Source: Candidatus Hadarchaeales archaeon
GTDB taxonomy: Archaea; Hadarchaeota; Hadarchaeia; Hadarchaeales; WYZ-LMO6
Direction: 5' to 3'
Assembly: GCA_038851755.1 (NCBI GenBank)
Contig: JAWCKR010000001.1
Coordinates: forward strand, 71,139 to 135,138
Length of the DNA: 64,000 nucleotides
In this document: positions 30,138 to 41,684 of the stretch, piece by piece
Numbering within the stretch: the first letter of the stretch is position 1
Layout of the letters: each line of letters opens with the position of its first letter
Notes under the pieces: generated by a model
Database searches by the model: none
Told to the model about the DNA's origin: nothing
What the model saw: only the letters and a program-made list of their open reading frames with translations
Made by a program: the position numbers and the translations under genes

Positions 30138-30910
30138 AAGCTCCCGTTTTCTCCCTCGAGGGAGCGAAGGTGGAAGAGGTGGAGCTCCCCGAGGTCTTCC
30201 AGGAAGAGTACAGGCCCGACCTCATCAGGAGGGCCGTCCTCTCCTCCCAGACCGCCCGCTTGCAACCCAAGGGAGTGGACCCCATGGCCGGAAAGCGCAC
30301 CTCGGCCGAGACCTGGGGGAAGGGATACGGGGTGGCCAGGGTGCGGAGGGTGAAGGGAAGGGGGTCTCCCGCCTCCGGCAGCGGGGCCTTCGCTCCTCAC
30401 ACGGTGGGCGGCAGGAGGGCCCATCCACCCCTCCCCCAGAAGGTCCTCCGGGAGAGGATAAACCGGAAGGAAAAGAAGCTGGCCTTCCGCTCCGCGGTGG
30501 CCGCCACGGCCAGGAAGGAACTGGTGAGCTCCCGAGGCCACCTGACGGAGAAGGTCCCCTCCCTTCCCCTGGTGGTGGAGGACGGGCTGGAGGAACTCTC
30601 CGAGACCAAGAGGGTGAAGGAGGTCTTCCAGAAACTGGGGCTCTGGGAGGAGGTGGAGAGGGTCTACCAGCGTGTGAAGATCAGGGCGGGGAGGGGAAAG
30701 ATGAGGGGCAGGAGGTACAGGAGCCCCGTGGGGCCCCTGGTGGTGGTCTCCGGGGACAGGGGTATAAAGAAGGGGGCGGGGAACCTTCCTGGGGTGAAGG
30801 TGGTGGAGGTTAGGAACCTGGGGGTGGAGGACCTCGCTCCGGGGGGGATGCCCGCCAGGCTCACCCTCTGGACCCGCTCCGCCCTGCGGCAGCTGGAGGG
30901 CAGGATATGA
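30134..30910 (+). CDS. rpl4: 50S ribosomal protein L4
   Basis: RPDLIRRAV, AGKRTSAETWG, VGGRRAHPP, LAPGG.PARLT. Confidence 0.97.
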   Translation: MKAPVFSLEGAKVEEVELPEVFQEEYRPDLIRRAVLSSQTARLQPKGVDPMAGKRTSAETWGKGYGVARVRRVKGRGSPASGSGAFAPHTVGGRRAHPPLPQKVLRERINRKEKKLAFRSAVAATARKELVSSRGHLTEKVPSLPLVVEDGLEELSETKRVKEVFQKLGLWEEVERVYQRVKIRAGRGKMRGRRYRSPVGPLVVVSGDRGIKKGAGNLPGVKVVEVRNLGVEDLAPGGMPARLTLWTRSALRQLEGRI

Positions 30911-31170
30911 AGGATCCCCACAAGGTAATCCTGTACCCGCTCGCCACCGAGAAGGCCGTGAGGCTGATAGAGGCGGAGAACAAGCTGACCTTCGTGGTCT
31001 CCCCCGATGCCAACAAGACGGATGTGAAAAGGGCGGTGGAGCTCCTGTACGGGGTGGAGGTGGAAAGCGTGAACGTGGAGCGGGACCGGGAGGGGAAGAA
31101 GCGGGCCTACGTGAAGCTCACCCCAAGATTTATTGCGGATGAAGTGGCATCCAAGCTGGGGGTGATCTGA
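30907..31170 (+). CDS. rpl23: 50S ribosomal protein L23
   Basis: TEKA...IE.ENKLTF, KKRAYVKL; operon order. Confidence 0.95.
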   Translation: MKDPHKVILYPLATEKAVRLIEAENKLTFVVSPDANKTDVKRAVELLYGVEVESVNVERDREGKKRAYVKLTPRFIADEVASKLGVI

Positions 31171-31874
31171 TGGGAAAGATCATAAGGGCGCAGAGGATCG
31201 GGAAGGGCTCCCCCACCTACAGGGCGAAGAGCTGGAGGAGGGTGGGGGAGGTGAGGCTTCCCCCTCCCAAGGCGAGCAGGGGGGTGGTGGTGGACCTCGT
31301 GCACGAGCCCGGCAGGGGATACCCGCTCATGCTGGTGAAGTTCGAGGAGGGCTTCAGGGTGGTGCTGCCCGCCCCTGAGGGCATAAAGGTGGGGGAGGAA
31401 GTGGAGTGCGGCCCCGGGGCCAGCGACAGGCCCGGGAACATCAAGCCCCTGGCGGAGATACCTGAGGGCACCAGGATCTTCAACATCGAGTCCCTGCCGG
31501 GGGACGGGGGAAAGTTCGTCAGGACCTCAGGATCCCACGGTATCCTGGTCGCCAAGGAGGCGGGGAGGGCGATGGTGCAGCTGCCCTCCGGGGAGATAAA
31601 GACCCTGGACCTCAGGTGCAGGGCCGTCATAGGAACGGTCTCCGGAGGGGGGAGGATCGAAAAACCCTTCCTCAAGGCGGGGAAGAGGTATCACGCCATG
31701 CTGGCCAGGGGGAAACCCTACCCGCGTGTGAAGGGTGTGGCCATGAACGTGGTGGACCATCCCTTCGGAGGGGGGAGGGGAAGGCACGCGGGAAGGCCCA
31801 AGATAGTGTCGAGGAGGGCGCCCCCGGGACAGAAGGTGGGCCTCATCGCCGCCAGAAGGGTGGGCAAGAGGTAG
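31170..31874 (+). CDS. rpl2: 50S ribosomal protein L2
   Basis: [37 protein letters not shown]. Confidence 0.97.
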   Translation: MGKIIRAQRIGKGSPTYRAKSWRRVGEVRLPPPKASRGVVVDLVHEPGRGYPLMLVKFEEGFRVVLPAPEGIKVGEEVECGPGASDRPGNIKPLAEIPEGTRIFNIESLPGDGGKFVRTSGSHGILVAKEAGRAMVQLPSGEIKTLDLRCRAVIGTVSGGGRIEKPFLKAGKRYHAMLARGKPYPRVKGVAMNVVDHPFGGGRGRHAGRPKIVSRRAPPGQKVGLIAARRVGKR

Positions 31875-31878
31875 GCGA

Positions 31879-32286
31879 ATGCCCAAGAAGTTCACTTACC
31901 GCGGGTACACCCTGGAGGAGCTGAAGAAGCTCCCTCTCGAGGACTTCGCCAAGCTCCTTCCCTCCCGCCAGCGCAGGGCCATCCTCAGGCTCGTGCGCGG
32001 GCTCCGCCCGGAGGAGAAGAAGCTCCTCTCGAAGGTGAGGGAAATCTCCAAGAAGGGCGATGGGGAGACCATCATACGCACCCACCTGAGGGAGATGGTC
32101 ATCCTCCCCGAGATGGTGGGGTTGAAGTTCGGGGTGCACAATGGAAAGGAGTTCGTGGTGGTGGAGATAAAGCCGGAGATGATCGGGCACCGGCTGGGGG
32201 AGTTCAGCCAGACCAGGAAGAAGGTGACGCACGGGGCCCCGGGCATAGGGGCCACCCGCAGCTCCATGTTCGTGCCCCTGAAGTGA
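31879..32286 (+). CDS. rps19: 30S ribosomal protein S19
   Basis: [42 protein letters not shown]. Confidence 0.97.
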   Translation: MPKKFTYRGYTLEELKKLPLEDFAKLLPSRQRRAILRLVRGLRPEEKKLLSKVREISKKGDGETIIRTHLREMVILPEMVGLKFGVHNGKEFVVVEIKPEMIGHRLGEFSQTRKKVTHGAPGIGATRSSMFVPLK

Positions 32287-32290
32287 TGAG

Positions 32291-32746
32291 ATGCCCAAGT
32301 TCGGTTACTCCTGCAAGGTGGAAGAACCCTGCGCCAAGGCCATGGGCAGGGAGCTCAGGATCTCCCCCAAGGACGCGGTGGAGATCTGCAGGGAGATAAA
32401 GGGCATGAAGCTCCGCGAGGCCCAGTCCTACCTGGAGGAAGTGGTCAAGGGGGAGAGGGCCGTGCCCTTCAGGAGGCACGCCAAGAAGGTGGCCCACCAC
32501 AAGGGCACGAAGGGGGCAGGGGCCTTCCCCGCCAAGGCCGCGAAGGCCATCCTGGAGGTGCTGAAAAACGCGGAAGCCAACGCCGCCTACAAGGGACTGG
32601 ACGCCGAAAAGCTGAAGGTGGTGCACGCCAGCGCCAGCAGGGGCATCATCCTGCCTGGCATCCTGCCCAGGGCCTTCGGAAGGGCCACCCCCTACAACAG
32701 GCCCCTCACCAACGTGCAGATCGTGCTGAAGGAGGCCCAGGCTTGA
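32291..32746 (+). CDS. rpl22: 50S ribosomal protein L22
   Basis: RISPKDAVEI, AVPFRRH, NAEANA.YKGLD, PRAFGRA. Confidence 0.96.
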   Translation: MPKFGYSCKVEEPCAKAMGRELRISPKDAVEICREIKGMKLREAQSYLEEVVKGERAVPFRRHAKKVAHHKGTKGAGAFPAKAAKAILEVLKNAEANAAYKGLDAEKLKVVHASASRGIILPGILPRAFGRATPYNRPLTNVQIVLKEAQA

Positions 32747-33402
32747 GGGTGGACAAGCTCTTCGTGAAGAGGGCCATAGATTTCGCGGAGCTGAACGAGT
32801 ACCTGGAGAAGGAACTTGAGCATGCGGGCTATGCGGGAGTGAGCATGAGCAGGGTGCCCACGGGCACCAGGATCACCCTCTACGTGGAGCGTCCGGGGGC
32901 CGTCATAGGGAAGAAGGGGAAGAGCGTGCAGGAGCTGACGGACGAGCTGACCAAGAGGTTCAAGGTGGAGAACCCGCAGGTGGAGGTGGTGGGAATAGAG
33001 AAGCCCGAGCTGAGCGCACCCATCATGGCGAAGAGGATAGCCTTCGCCCTGGAGAGGGGGGCCCACTTCAGGTCACTGGGATACACCTTCATGAACAGGA
33101 TCATGGAGGCCGGGGCCAGGGGGGTGGAGATCGTGATCTCGGGGAAGCTGGGTGGGGAGAGGGCCAAGCGGATGAGGTTCTATCAGGGATACCTGAGCAA
33201 AGCCGGGGACCCCGCCCACAGGCTGGTGAGCTACGGCTACGCCTACGCCAAGCTGAAGCCCGGGGTGGTGGGGGTGAAGGTCAGGATCATGCCTCCCGTG
33301 CCCACGCCGGACGAGATAAAGATGAGGACCGAAACCCAGAAAACCGAGGAACCACCAACGGAAAAGGCTGCGGAGGGAGAGAGTGGCGGTGCTGAGGGCT
33401 GA
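32743..33402 (+). CDS. rps3: 30S ribosomal protein S3
   Basis: KH domain RPGAVIGKKG, IMEAGARGVEIVISGKL, GVVGVKVRIM. Confidence 0.96.
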   Translation: MRVDKLFVKRAIDFAELNEYLEKELEHAGYAGVSMSRVPTGTRITLYVERPGAVIGKKGKSVQELTDELTKRFKVENPQVEVVGIEKPELSAPIMAKRIAFALERGAHFRSLGYTFMNRIMEAGARGVEIVISGKLGGERAKRMRFYQGYLSKAGDPAHRLVSYGYAYAKLKPGVVGVKVRIMPPVPTPDEIKMRTETQKTEEPPTEKAAEGESGGAEG

Positions 33403-33595
33403 TGAGATAAGGGGAATGAGCCTGGAGGAGATGAAGGCCAAGCTCAGGGAGCTCCGCGCTGAGCTGGCCAGGGAGAGGGCGGTGAGGAGGGGGGGAGTCC
33501 CCTCCGACAACCCCATGAGGGCCAGGGAGCTCAAGCGCGCCATAGCAAGGATTTTAACGGTGGTGCGAGAAAAGGAAAGGGTGAAAGTTCCATAA
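33383..33595 (+). CDS. rpl29: 50S ribosomal protein L29
   Basis: LRADEIRGMS, ELKRAIARILT; operon order. Confidence 0.93.
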   Translation: MAVLRADEIRGMSLEEMKAKLRELRAELARERAVRRGGVPSDNPMRARELKRAIARILTVVREKERVKVP

Positions 33596-33906
33596 TGCAG
33601 GGAATCTGTCCACGCTGCGGCCTTCCCACCGAACTCTGCGTCTGCGGTGAAATCTCCCGGGAACAGCAGAAGATCACCGTCTACTCGGAGAGCCGCAGGT
33701 TCGGGAAGGTGGTGACGGTGATAGAGGGGCTGGACGAGAAGAAGAGCGACCTGAAGGAGCTGCTGAAGAAGCTGAAGAGCAAAATGGCCTGCGGGGGGAC
33801 GATGAGGGAGAGGAGCATCGAACTCCAGGGGGACCACAAGGACAGGATAAAGGAAGTGCTGGTGGAGCTCGGGTTTTTACCCGAGTCCATAGACGTTATC
33901 GAGTGA
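33595..33906 (+). CDS. sui1: Translation initiation factor SUI1/aIF1
   Basis: CPRCGLP.ELCVC, RRFGKVVT, LKSKMACGGT, IELQGDH. Confidence 0.95.
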   Translation: MQGICPRCGLPTELCVCGEISREQQKITVYSESRRFGKVVTVIEGLDEKKSDLKELLKKLKSKMACGGTMRERSIELQGDHKDRIKEVLVELGFLPESIDVIE

Positions 33907-33907
33907 G

Positions 33908-34177
33908 ATGCCCCTGCGGCCCGCCAACCTGCCCAGGCACGAGCTGATAGGACTGGAGGTGGAGGTGCTGGAGAGCAGGGACCCTGGGCTGAAGGGCCTG
34001 CGTGGCAGGGTGGTGGACGAGACGAAGAACATGCTTAAAATACGGGTGGGGGGAAAGGTAAAAAGCGTGCCGAAGTCCATAGTCTACCTGAGGTTCGTCC
34101 TGCCGGAGGGAGAAGAAGTGAGGGTGGAAGGAAAGAGGCTGGTGGCGAGGCCCGAGGAGAGGGTGAGGAAGGTATGA
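33908..34177 (+). CDS. rnp1: Ribonuclease P protein component 1 (Rpp29)
   Basis: [23 protein letters not shown]. Confidence 0.93.
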   Translation: MPLRPANLPRHELIGLEVEVLESRDPGLKGLRGRVVDETKNMLKIRVGGKVKSVPKSIVYLRFVLPEGEEVRVEGKRLVARPEERVRKV

Positions 34178-34494
34178 AGAGCGTGCTGGGAATGAGGGCC
34201 CCAGAGACCCCTTGCTCCGATCCGCGCTGTCCCTTCCACGGGAGCCTCTCCGTGAGGGGGAGGGTGCTGGAGGGGACGGTGGTGAGCGACAAGAGGGCGA
34301 AGACCGTGACGGTGGAGATCCCCCGCGTCCACAGGGTGGAGAAGTACGAGAGGTTCGAGAAGAGAACCTCCAGGATCCACGCCCACAACCCCCCCTGCAT
34401 CAACGCCAGGGTGGGGGAGAGGGTGAAGATAGCGGAGTGCCGGAGGCTGAGCAAGACGAAGGCCTTCGTGGTGATAGGGAAGGAGGGGGGCTGA
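34174..34494 (+). CDS. rps17: 30S ribosomal protein S17
   Basis: [34 protein letters not shown]. Confidence 0.96.
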   Translation: MKSVLGMRAPETPCSDPRCPFHGSLSVRGRVLEGTVVSDKRAKTVTVEIPRVHRVEKYERFEKRTSRIHAHNPPCINARVGERVKIAECRRLSKTKAFVVIGKEGG

Positions 34495-34917
34495 ATGGGG
34501 AAGAGGGCAGGAGGCATCATGGCCACGGGCATGGCCGCCCCCGTCCGCGCGCTGCCCATAGGCGCCAGGCTGAGCTGCGCCGACAACACGGGGGCCAAGG
34601 AGATTCAGATCATCTCGGTGGTGGGGTTGAAGGGGAAGAGGAGGAGGCTGCTCTCGGCGGGGGTGGGTGACCAGGTCGTGGCCTCCGTGAAGAAGGGGAC
34701 CCCCGAGCTCAGGAAGCAGATCGTGCGCGCCGTGGTGGTCAGGCAGAGGAAGCCTTACCTCAGGAGCGACGGGATCAGGATCAAGTTCGAGGACAACGCC
34801 GCCGCCATCATCACCCCGGACGGCTCCCCCAAGGGCTCGGAGATCAGGGGGCCCATAGCCAAGGAGGCGGCCGAGCGCTGGCCCAAGCTGGCGGGAATAG
34901 CCACGATGGTGGTGTGA
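34495..34917 (+). CDS. rpl14: 50S ribosomal protein L14
   Basis: [36 protein letters not shown]. Confidence 0.97.
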   Translation: MGKRAGGIMATGMAAPVRALPIGARLSCADNTGAKEIQIISVVGLKGKRRRLLSAGVGDQVVASVKKGTPELRKQIVRAVVVRQRKPYLRSDGIRIKFEDNAAAIITPDGSPKGSEIRGPIAKEAAERWPKLAGIATMVV

Positions 34918-35298
34918 GTGAAGAGCAAAAAGCCTGGAAGGCAGAGGCTCAGGCTCCACACCATGCCCCTCCACAGAAGGCACAAACTGCTCTCCGCCAC
35001 CCTCAGTCCGGAACTGAGGGAGAAGTACGGCAGGAGGTCCCTCCCCGTGAGGAAGGGGGACAAGGTGAGGATCCTCAGGGGGGACTTCAGGAAGCTGGAG
35101 GGGGAGGTGCTGGGGGTGGACCTGAAGAGGGTGGCGGTGACGGTGGGAGGAGCCAGCACCAGGAAGGCGGACGGGACAGAGGTCCCGAGGAAGATCCACC
35201 CCTCCAACCTCATGATCCTGAAGCTGGCCCAGGACAAGGAGAGGGAGAAGGCCCTCGCCAGGTCAAAACAGCAAAAAATTCCTACAAAATCTCTTTAA
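34918..35298 (+). CDS. rpl24: 50S ribosomal protein L24
   Basis: SKKPGRQR, LS.ELREKYG.RSLPVRKGDKV, IHPSNL. Confidence 0.95.
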   Translation: MKSKKPGRQRLRLHTMPLHRRHKLLSATLSPELREKYGRRSLPVRKGDKVRILRGDFRKLEGEVLGVDLKRVAVTVGGASTRKADGTEVPRKIHPSNLMILKLAQDKEREKALARSKQQKIPTKSL

Positions 35299-35329
35299 AT
35301 CTCATTTCAAAAGAAAAAAAACGAAGAAC

Positions 35330-36460
35330 ATGGACCGGAGAGGGATTGCGCCCATCTTGCTGGTGGCAGTAATAGCAGTGGTAGCGGTGGTGGCTGGCGC
35401 TGCAGTGGTGGTGATGAGGGGAGGCGCGAAGTCAGGGACTCCTGTGTACGCTGGATCGCAGGAAGCCTCCATGCCCTCGTACCTCGCCGGACAGCTCTGG
35501 TACATGGATGTGGAAGGAATCACCATCCACGCCTACTTCATTCAGGGAAAAACCGCGGGCGAGATCCTGAGCTGGTACAGAGAGGAGATGGCTGACAGGG
35601 GCTATGAGAACTACGCGGAGCTGTTTGCAGCTACCCTTCCCATACCCCCATACGGTACCTTCGAGTGGGGGTGGATAGCGTTCAGGAAAGGGGACCGAGC
35701 TGTGGTGGTGGGTGCCTTCAGCGGGACCACGGAAGGTCAGACGGGATGCTGGTACGCCGTAGCGGAAGGACCGTTGAACAAGCTGATGCCACCCGGAGCA
35801 CCGGGAGGAGGTCCGGAGCAGCTCCCTGGCTCCGACCAGGCGAGCGGTGTCGAGCCCATTAGCAGGTACCCAGGATCGATAATGCTATCGCACGAAACCT
35901 CAGGACCTTGGCCGGACCGGATCTCGATCGGCTATGGAAGCACAGAAAACCGACACCGCGTTATAGGGAGCTGGTTCGAAACCCACCTCACCCAGGCTGG
36001 GTGGAGCGTCATAGAAGAGAGTGAAAGCGAAGAGGAGGTCGTCCTGTGGTTCAGAAAAGGTGAGAACGAGGTGGGCCTGTACGTGTACCCGCCGGAGGAG
36101 CAGAGAGCGTACTCCAGGATAAACGTGGTTTTCGATTGCTGGAGGATCCCCGAAAGGGATCTCAAATCCGGAGAGGAACCTGTCGAGCGGTACCCGGGAG
36201 CGGTGATCATCGAGTATTTGCAAGTCGTCATGCAAGGGGGAAAAACCATCACCATCAACTACGTCAGCAAAGCAGGGGCTGACAACATCTTCAACTGGTA
36301 CCTGAACTCCCTGCCCCAACAGGGATGGACCATCATCGCCTATTCCCCGAGCGAGTGGGGCATCTCCGCTACGAAGGGTTACAGCACGCTGACGGTGGAG
36401 GTTTCCCCCAACGAGCGACAGTATGCGGAGATAGACGTAATGTACATGGGACCAGCATAA
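35330..36460 (+). CDS. Secreted protein with class III (prepilin-like) signal peptide and three tandem domain repeats
   Basis: MDRRG|IAPI followed by a hydrophobic stretch; three repeats of (R)YPG...Y...I..WY/F...L...GW/Y; lower GC than flanks. Confidence 0.75.
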   Translation: MDRRGIAPILLVAVIAVVAVVAGAAVVVMRGGAKSGTPVYAGSQEASMPSYLAGQLWYMDVEGITIHAYFIQGKTAGEILSWYREEMADRGYENYAELFAATLPIPPYGTFEWGWIAFRKGDRAVVVGAFSGTTEGQTGCWYAVAEGPLNKLMPPGAPGGGPEQLPGSDQASGVEPISRYPGSIMLSHETSGPWPDRISIGYGSTENRHRVIGSWFETHLTQAGWSVIEESESEEEVVLWFRKGENEVGLYVYPPEEQRAYSRINVVFDCWRIPERDLKSGEEPVERYPGAVIIEYLQVVMQGGKTITINYVSKAGADNIFNWYLNSLPQQGWTIIAYSPSEWGISATKGYSTLTVEVSPNERQYAEIDVMYMGPA

Positions 36461-36462
36461 GT

Positions 36463-36479
36463 CTCTTCTCTTTTTTTTG
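36463..36479 (+). terminator. Oligo-T archaeal terminator
   Basis: Pyrimidine/T-tract ctcttctctttttttt directly after the stop codon. Confidence 0.5.
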
Positions 36480-36523
36480 AAACCGGCATAAACAGATAAG
36501 AGGGAGCAGGCCCTAGAGGGAAG

Positions 36524-37183
36524 ATGCGCATAGACCTGCACACCCACTCCCTCCTGAGCGACGGGAAGGTCCTGCCCGTGGAGCTCGCCAGGAGGGCGGA
36601 GGTCATGGGGCACGTGGCCCTGGCCATCACCGACCATGCCGATCCCTCCAACCTCGAGAGGCTCGTGCCCCAGATCCTCAAGGCCTCCGAGGAGGTGAAC
36701 AGGAGCATGAAGATCAGGCTCGTGCCGGGAGTGGAGCTCACCCATCTCCCCCCCTCCAGCATAGGAAAGATGGCGAAGCTGGCGAGAAAGCTGGGGGCCG
36801 CCCTGGTGGTGGTGCACGGGGAGAGTCCCGTGGAGCCCGTCCCCCCGGGAACCAATGAGGCCGCGCTGAACTGCGGGGAGGTTGACCTGCTTGCCCATCC
36901 AGGTTTCCTCTCCCCACAGCTGGCCGAGAAGGCGGAGAAGGAGGAGGTGTACCTGGAGCTGACCTCCAGGAGGGGACATTCCCTCACCAACGGGTGGATA
37001 GCCAGGGTAGCGGGGGGGTCCGGATGCAGGCTGCTGGTGAACACCGACGCCCACGACCCGGAAGACCTCCTCACCCAGGAGGAAGCCAGGAAGGTGGCGC
37101 TGGGGGCGGGGTTGGAGAAGAGGGAAGCGGAGAGGGCCGTGAAGGAGAACCCGAGGGCCCTCCTCAAGAGGTTAGGATATTGA
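36524..37183 (+). CDS. PHP-family phosphatase, probable histidinol-phosphate phosphatase
   Basis: DLHTHS..SDG, AITDH, GVELTH, VHGE, LAHPG, NTDAH; first gene of the his operon. Confidence 0.82.
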   Translation: MRIDLHTHSLLSDGKVLPVELARRAEVMGHVALAITDHADPSNLERLVPQILKASEEVNRSMKIRLVPGVELTHLPPSSIGKMAKLARKLGAALVVVHGESPVEPVPPGTNEAALNCGEVDLLAHPGFLSPQLAEKAEKEEVYLELTSRRGHSLTNGWIARVAGGSGCRLLVNTDAHDPEDLLTQEEARKVALGAGLEKREAERAVKENPRALLKRLGY

Positions 37184-38262
37184 GGCTCCTCTCGAGGAGG
37201 GTCAGGGAGTTCCTGAAGGCGGGGAGGGCCTACCCCTACGCCGGAGAGTACGGGAGGAGGAGGGAGGTGGTGAACCTTGCCTCCAACGAGAGCCCCTTTG
37301 GTCCCTCCCCCCTCGTCCTCAGGGCCCTGAGGGAGGCCCTCCCCCAGGTGGGCTACTATCCCGACCCGAAGGCGGAGGGACTGAGGAAGGCCGTGGGAAG
37401 GTACGTAGGACTTGGAGGGGAGGAGGTGCTGCTCGGGAACGGGTCGGATGAGCTCATGGACCTCCTCTGCCGGGCCCTCCTCGATCCGGGGGACCGCGTC
37501 CTCCTCCCCCTCCCCACCTTCAGCTTCTACGAGACCGGGGTGCTGCTGAGCGGCGGAGTGCCGAGGTTCTACAGGGGGAGGGGGGTGGAGTGGGACCCGG
37601 AGGAGCTGGTCTCGGCCTGCAGGGGGGTCAAGCTGGTCTTCCTGGGGCGGCCGAACAACCCCACCGGGAGCTGCCTGGAGGAGGAAGCGGTGGAGGGGCT
37701 GCTGGACACCGGGGCCCTGGTGGTGGCCGACGAGGCCTACGTGGAGTTCTCCTCCAGGGGGTCCCTGGCGCGGTGGGTCAGGAGGAGGGAGAACCTGGCG
37801 GTGCTCAGGACCTTCTCCAAGGCCTTCGGGCTGGCCGGGCTCCGGGTGGGCTACCTGCTCGCCCGACCCGAGCTGGTCTCCGTGCTGGAGAGGCTGCGCC
37901 AGCCCTTCAACGTGAACAGGCTGGCCCAGGTGGCCGCCGAAGCCGCCCTCAGGGACCTGAAGCACATGAAGAGGGTGGTGGGGGAGGTGAGGAGGGAAAG
38001 GGAGCGTTTGAGGCACGAGCTCCTCTCCCTGGGGCTGAAGGTCCTCCCCTCGGAGGCCAACTTCCTGATGGTGGGGACCTCTCCCTGGGGGAAGACGGCG
38101 CCCGAGCTCTGCAGGGAGCTCTACCGCGAAGGGATCCTCATAAGGGACCTCTCCGGCTTCAGGGGGGCGGGAAAGGAGTGGGTGAGGATCACGGTGGGGA
38201 GAAAGGAAGAAAACGAAAGACTCATAGAGGCGCTTGGAAAGGTGAAGGGGGGAAGAAAGTGA
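37180..38262 (+). CDS. hisC: Histidinol-phosphate aminotransferase
   Basis: LASNESP, GNGSDEL, PNNPTG, DEAYVEF, RTFSKAFGLAGLRVGY; TTG start overlaps the upstream stop. Confidence 0.93.
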   Translation: MRLLSRRVREFLKAGRAYPYAGEYGRRREVVNLASNESPFGPSPLVLRALREALPQVGYYPDPKAEGLRKAVGRYVGLGGEEVLLGNGSDELMDLLCRALLDPGDRVLLPLPTFSFYETGVLLSGGVPRFYRGRGVEWDPEELVSACRGVKLVFLGRPNNPTGSCLEEEAVEGLLDTGALVVADEAYVEFSSRGSLARWVRRRENLAVLRTFSKAFGLAGLRVGYLLARPELVSVLERLRQPFNVNRLAQVAAEAALRDLKHMKRVVGEVRRERERLRHELLSLGLKVLPSEANFLMVGTSPWGKTAPELCRELYREGILIRDLSGFRGAGKEWVRITVGRKEENERLIEALGKVKGGRK

Positions 38263-39125
38263 AGCTGACGATGAGCGTGCCCAAGGGACACCTGGAGGAG
38301 CCCACGGTGAGGCTGCTCCAGAACTCCGGCATAGGGGTGGTGGGGAGGGACGGCAGGCAGCTCTTCTGCCGGACCCACGACCCGGAGCTGGAGCTGGTGT
38401 TCGTGAGAGCGGAGGACATACCCGACTTCGTGGCCGGGGGAGCCACCGAGCTGGGCATCACGGGATACGACCTGGTGTGCGAGAGCGGGAGGGAGAAGGA
38501 GGTGGTGGAGCTGCTGGACCTGGGATACGGCTTCACCAGGATGGTGATAGCCTCCCCCGAGGGGTCCGGGATAGCCTCGCCCTCCGACTACCGCCCGGGG
38601 CTGAGGGTGGCCACGGAGTTCCCCAACCTCACCCGCCAGTACTTCTCGAAAAGGGGGATAGAGGTGGAGGTGGTCAACCTCACCGGGGCCGCCGAGATCG
38701 CCCCCCTCATAGGGGTGGCCGACCTGATCGTGGACGTGACCAGCACGGGAACCACCCTGCGCACCCACCGCCTGCGGGTGGTGGACACCATCCTGGAGAG
38801 CACCGCCAGGCTGGTGGCCAACAGGAAAAGCATGGGGGAGAAGGGGGAGAAGATCGAGGAGATCAGGACGGCCCTGAGGAGCGCCACGGAGGCCGAGGGT
38901 AAGAAGCTGATCCTCCTCAACCTGCCCGAGAACAGGCTGGAGGAGGTCAAGAAGATACTCCCGGGCATGTCGGGCCCCACCGTCTCCCGGGTGGAGGCCA
39001 AAGAGCCCATGCTGGCCGTTCAGGCGGTGGTGAAGGAGTCGGAGGTGTACAGGGTGGTGAGGGAGCTCAAGAGGGCGGGGGGGAGGGACATCCTGGTGCT
39101 TCCCATCGAGCGCGTCCTCCCCTAG
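38259..39125 (+). CDS. hisG: ATP phosphoribosyltransferase (long form)
   Basis: VPKGHL, VRAEDIP, GITGYD, ATEFP, DVTSTGTTL, PGMSGPTVS. Confidence 0.94.
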   Translation: MKLTMSVPKGHLEEPTVRLLQNSGIGVVGRDGRQLFCRTHDPELELVFVRAEDIPDFVAGGATELGITGYDLVCESGREKEVVELLDLGYGFTRMVIASPEGSGIASPSDYRPGLRVATEFPNLTRQYFSKRGIEVEVVNLTGAAEIAPLIGVADLIVDVTSTGTTLRTHRLRVVDTILESTARLVANRKSMGEKGEKIEEIRTALRSATEAEGKKLILLNLPENRLEEVKKILPGMSGPTVSRVEAKEPMLAVQAVVKESEVYRVVRELKRAGGRDILVLPIERVLP

Positions 39126-39133
39126 GTGCCAGC

Positions 39134-39841
39134 TTGCTGGTGATTCCCAGCGTGGACATCAGGAGGGGGAGGTGCGTCAGGCTGAGGGAGGGGAGGGTGG
39201 AGGGGGAGAAGGTCTACGGGAATCCCCTGGAGTGGGCGAGGAGGTGGGAAGGAGAGGGGGCCCGCCTCCTGCATGTGGTGGACCTCGACGCCGCCATGGG
39301 CATGGGGAGCAACCTGGGGCTGATCCTGGACCTCCTCAGGGGAAAGAGGTGCAGGATCCAGGTGGGTGGTGGGATAAGGTCCCTGGAGGTGGCGAGGAGG
39401 TACCTCGAAGGGGGGGCTGAGAGAGTGGTGGTGGGCACCTCCGCCGTTAAAAACCCCGGGCTGGTGAAGAGGTTAGTGGAAGCCCTGGGAGGGGAGAGGG
39501 TGGTGGTGGCCCTGGACTCCAGGGGAGGAAAGGTGGTGGTGGAGGGCTGGAGGGAGGAGACGGGAAGGGAAGTGGTGGAGGTGGCCAGGGAAATGGAGGA
39601 GCTGGGGGTAGGGTGCCTCCTCTACACCGACGTGGAGGCCGATGGCACGATGCGGGGGATAGGGGAGAGGGTGGCGGAGATCCTCTCCAGGATAAGGCTC
39701 CCGGTGATCCTCTCGGGGGGGGTTCGCTCCCTGGAGGACGTGAGGAGGGCGAAGGAGGCGGGGGCGGCGGGGCTGATCGTGGGCACGGCCCTCTACGAGG
39801 GAAGGTTCACCCTGGGGGAGGCCATGGAGGTGGCGGAATGA
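39134..39841 (+). CDS. hisA: ProFAR isomerase
   Basis: IPSVDI..GRCVRL, HVVDLDAA, QVGGGIRS, TDVEADGT, SGGV. Confidence 0.93.
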   Translation: MLVIPSVDIRRGRCVRLREGRVEGEKVYGNPLEWARRWEGEGARLLHVVDLDAAMGMGSNLGLILDLLRGKRCRIQVGGGIRSLEVARRYLEGGAERVVVGTSAVKNPGLVKRLVEALGGERVVVALDSRGGKVVVEGWREETGREVVEVAREMEELGVGCLLYTDVEADGTMRGIGERVAEILSRIRLPVILSGGVRSLEDVRRAKEAGAAGLIVGTALYEGRFTLGEAMEVAE

Positions 39842-40406
39842 GGAGGTGCAGGCTGGAGAGGAAGACCGGGGAGACGGAGGTGGAGGTCTCCCTCAAGCTC
39901 GACGGTGAGGGCGAGGCCGAGGTGGAGACGGGAATAAGGTTCCTGGACCACCTCCTCTCCCACCTGGCCAAGCACTCGGGCTTTGACCTGCAGGTGAAGG
40001 CGAAGGGTGACATGGAGCACCACGTGGCCGAGGACGTGATGCTCGTGCTGGGACAGTGCCTGGAGAGGGCCCTGGGGGACAAGAAAGGGATAAGGAGGAT
40101 GGGGGACGCGATCGTGCCCATGGACGAGACCCTGGTGATGGTCTCCGTGGACCTGAGCGGGAGGGGCTACTCCTCCCTCGAGCTCAAGCTCAGGGCCAAG
40201 AAGGTGGAGGATCTGGACGCGGACCTGCTCGAGCACCTCCTCCAGACCTTCGCCCAGAACGGAAGGTTCAACCTGCACGTGCAGGTGCTGAGGGGCAGGA
40301 ACGACCACCACAAGGCGGAGGCGGTCTTCAAGGCCCTGGGGCTGGCCCTGGGGGAGGCCTGCAGCAGGAGGGGGGGAGGAATCCCCAGCACGAAGGGTGT
40401 GCTCTC

Positions 40407-40410
<4 letters not shown>
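39838..40410 (+). CDS. hisB: Imidazoleglycerol-phosphate dehydratase
   Basis: RKTGET, FLDHLL, HHVAED, PMDE, NDHHKAEA, PSTKGVL. Confidence 0.94.
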
Positions 40411-41680
<1,270 letters not shown>

Positions 41681-41684
<4 letters not shown>

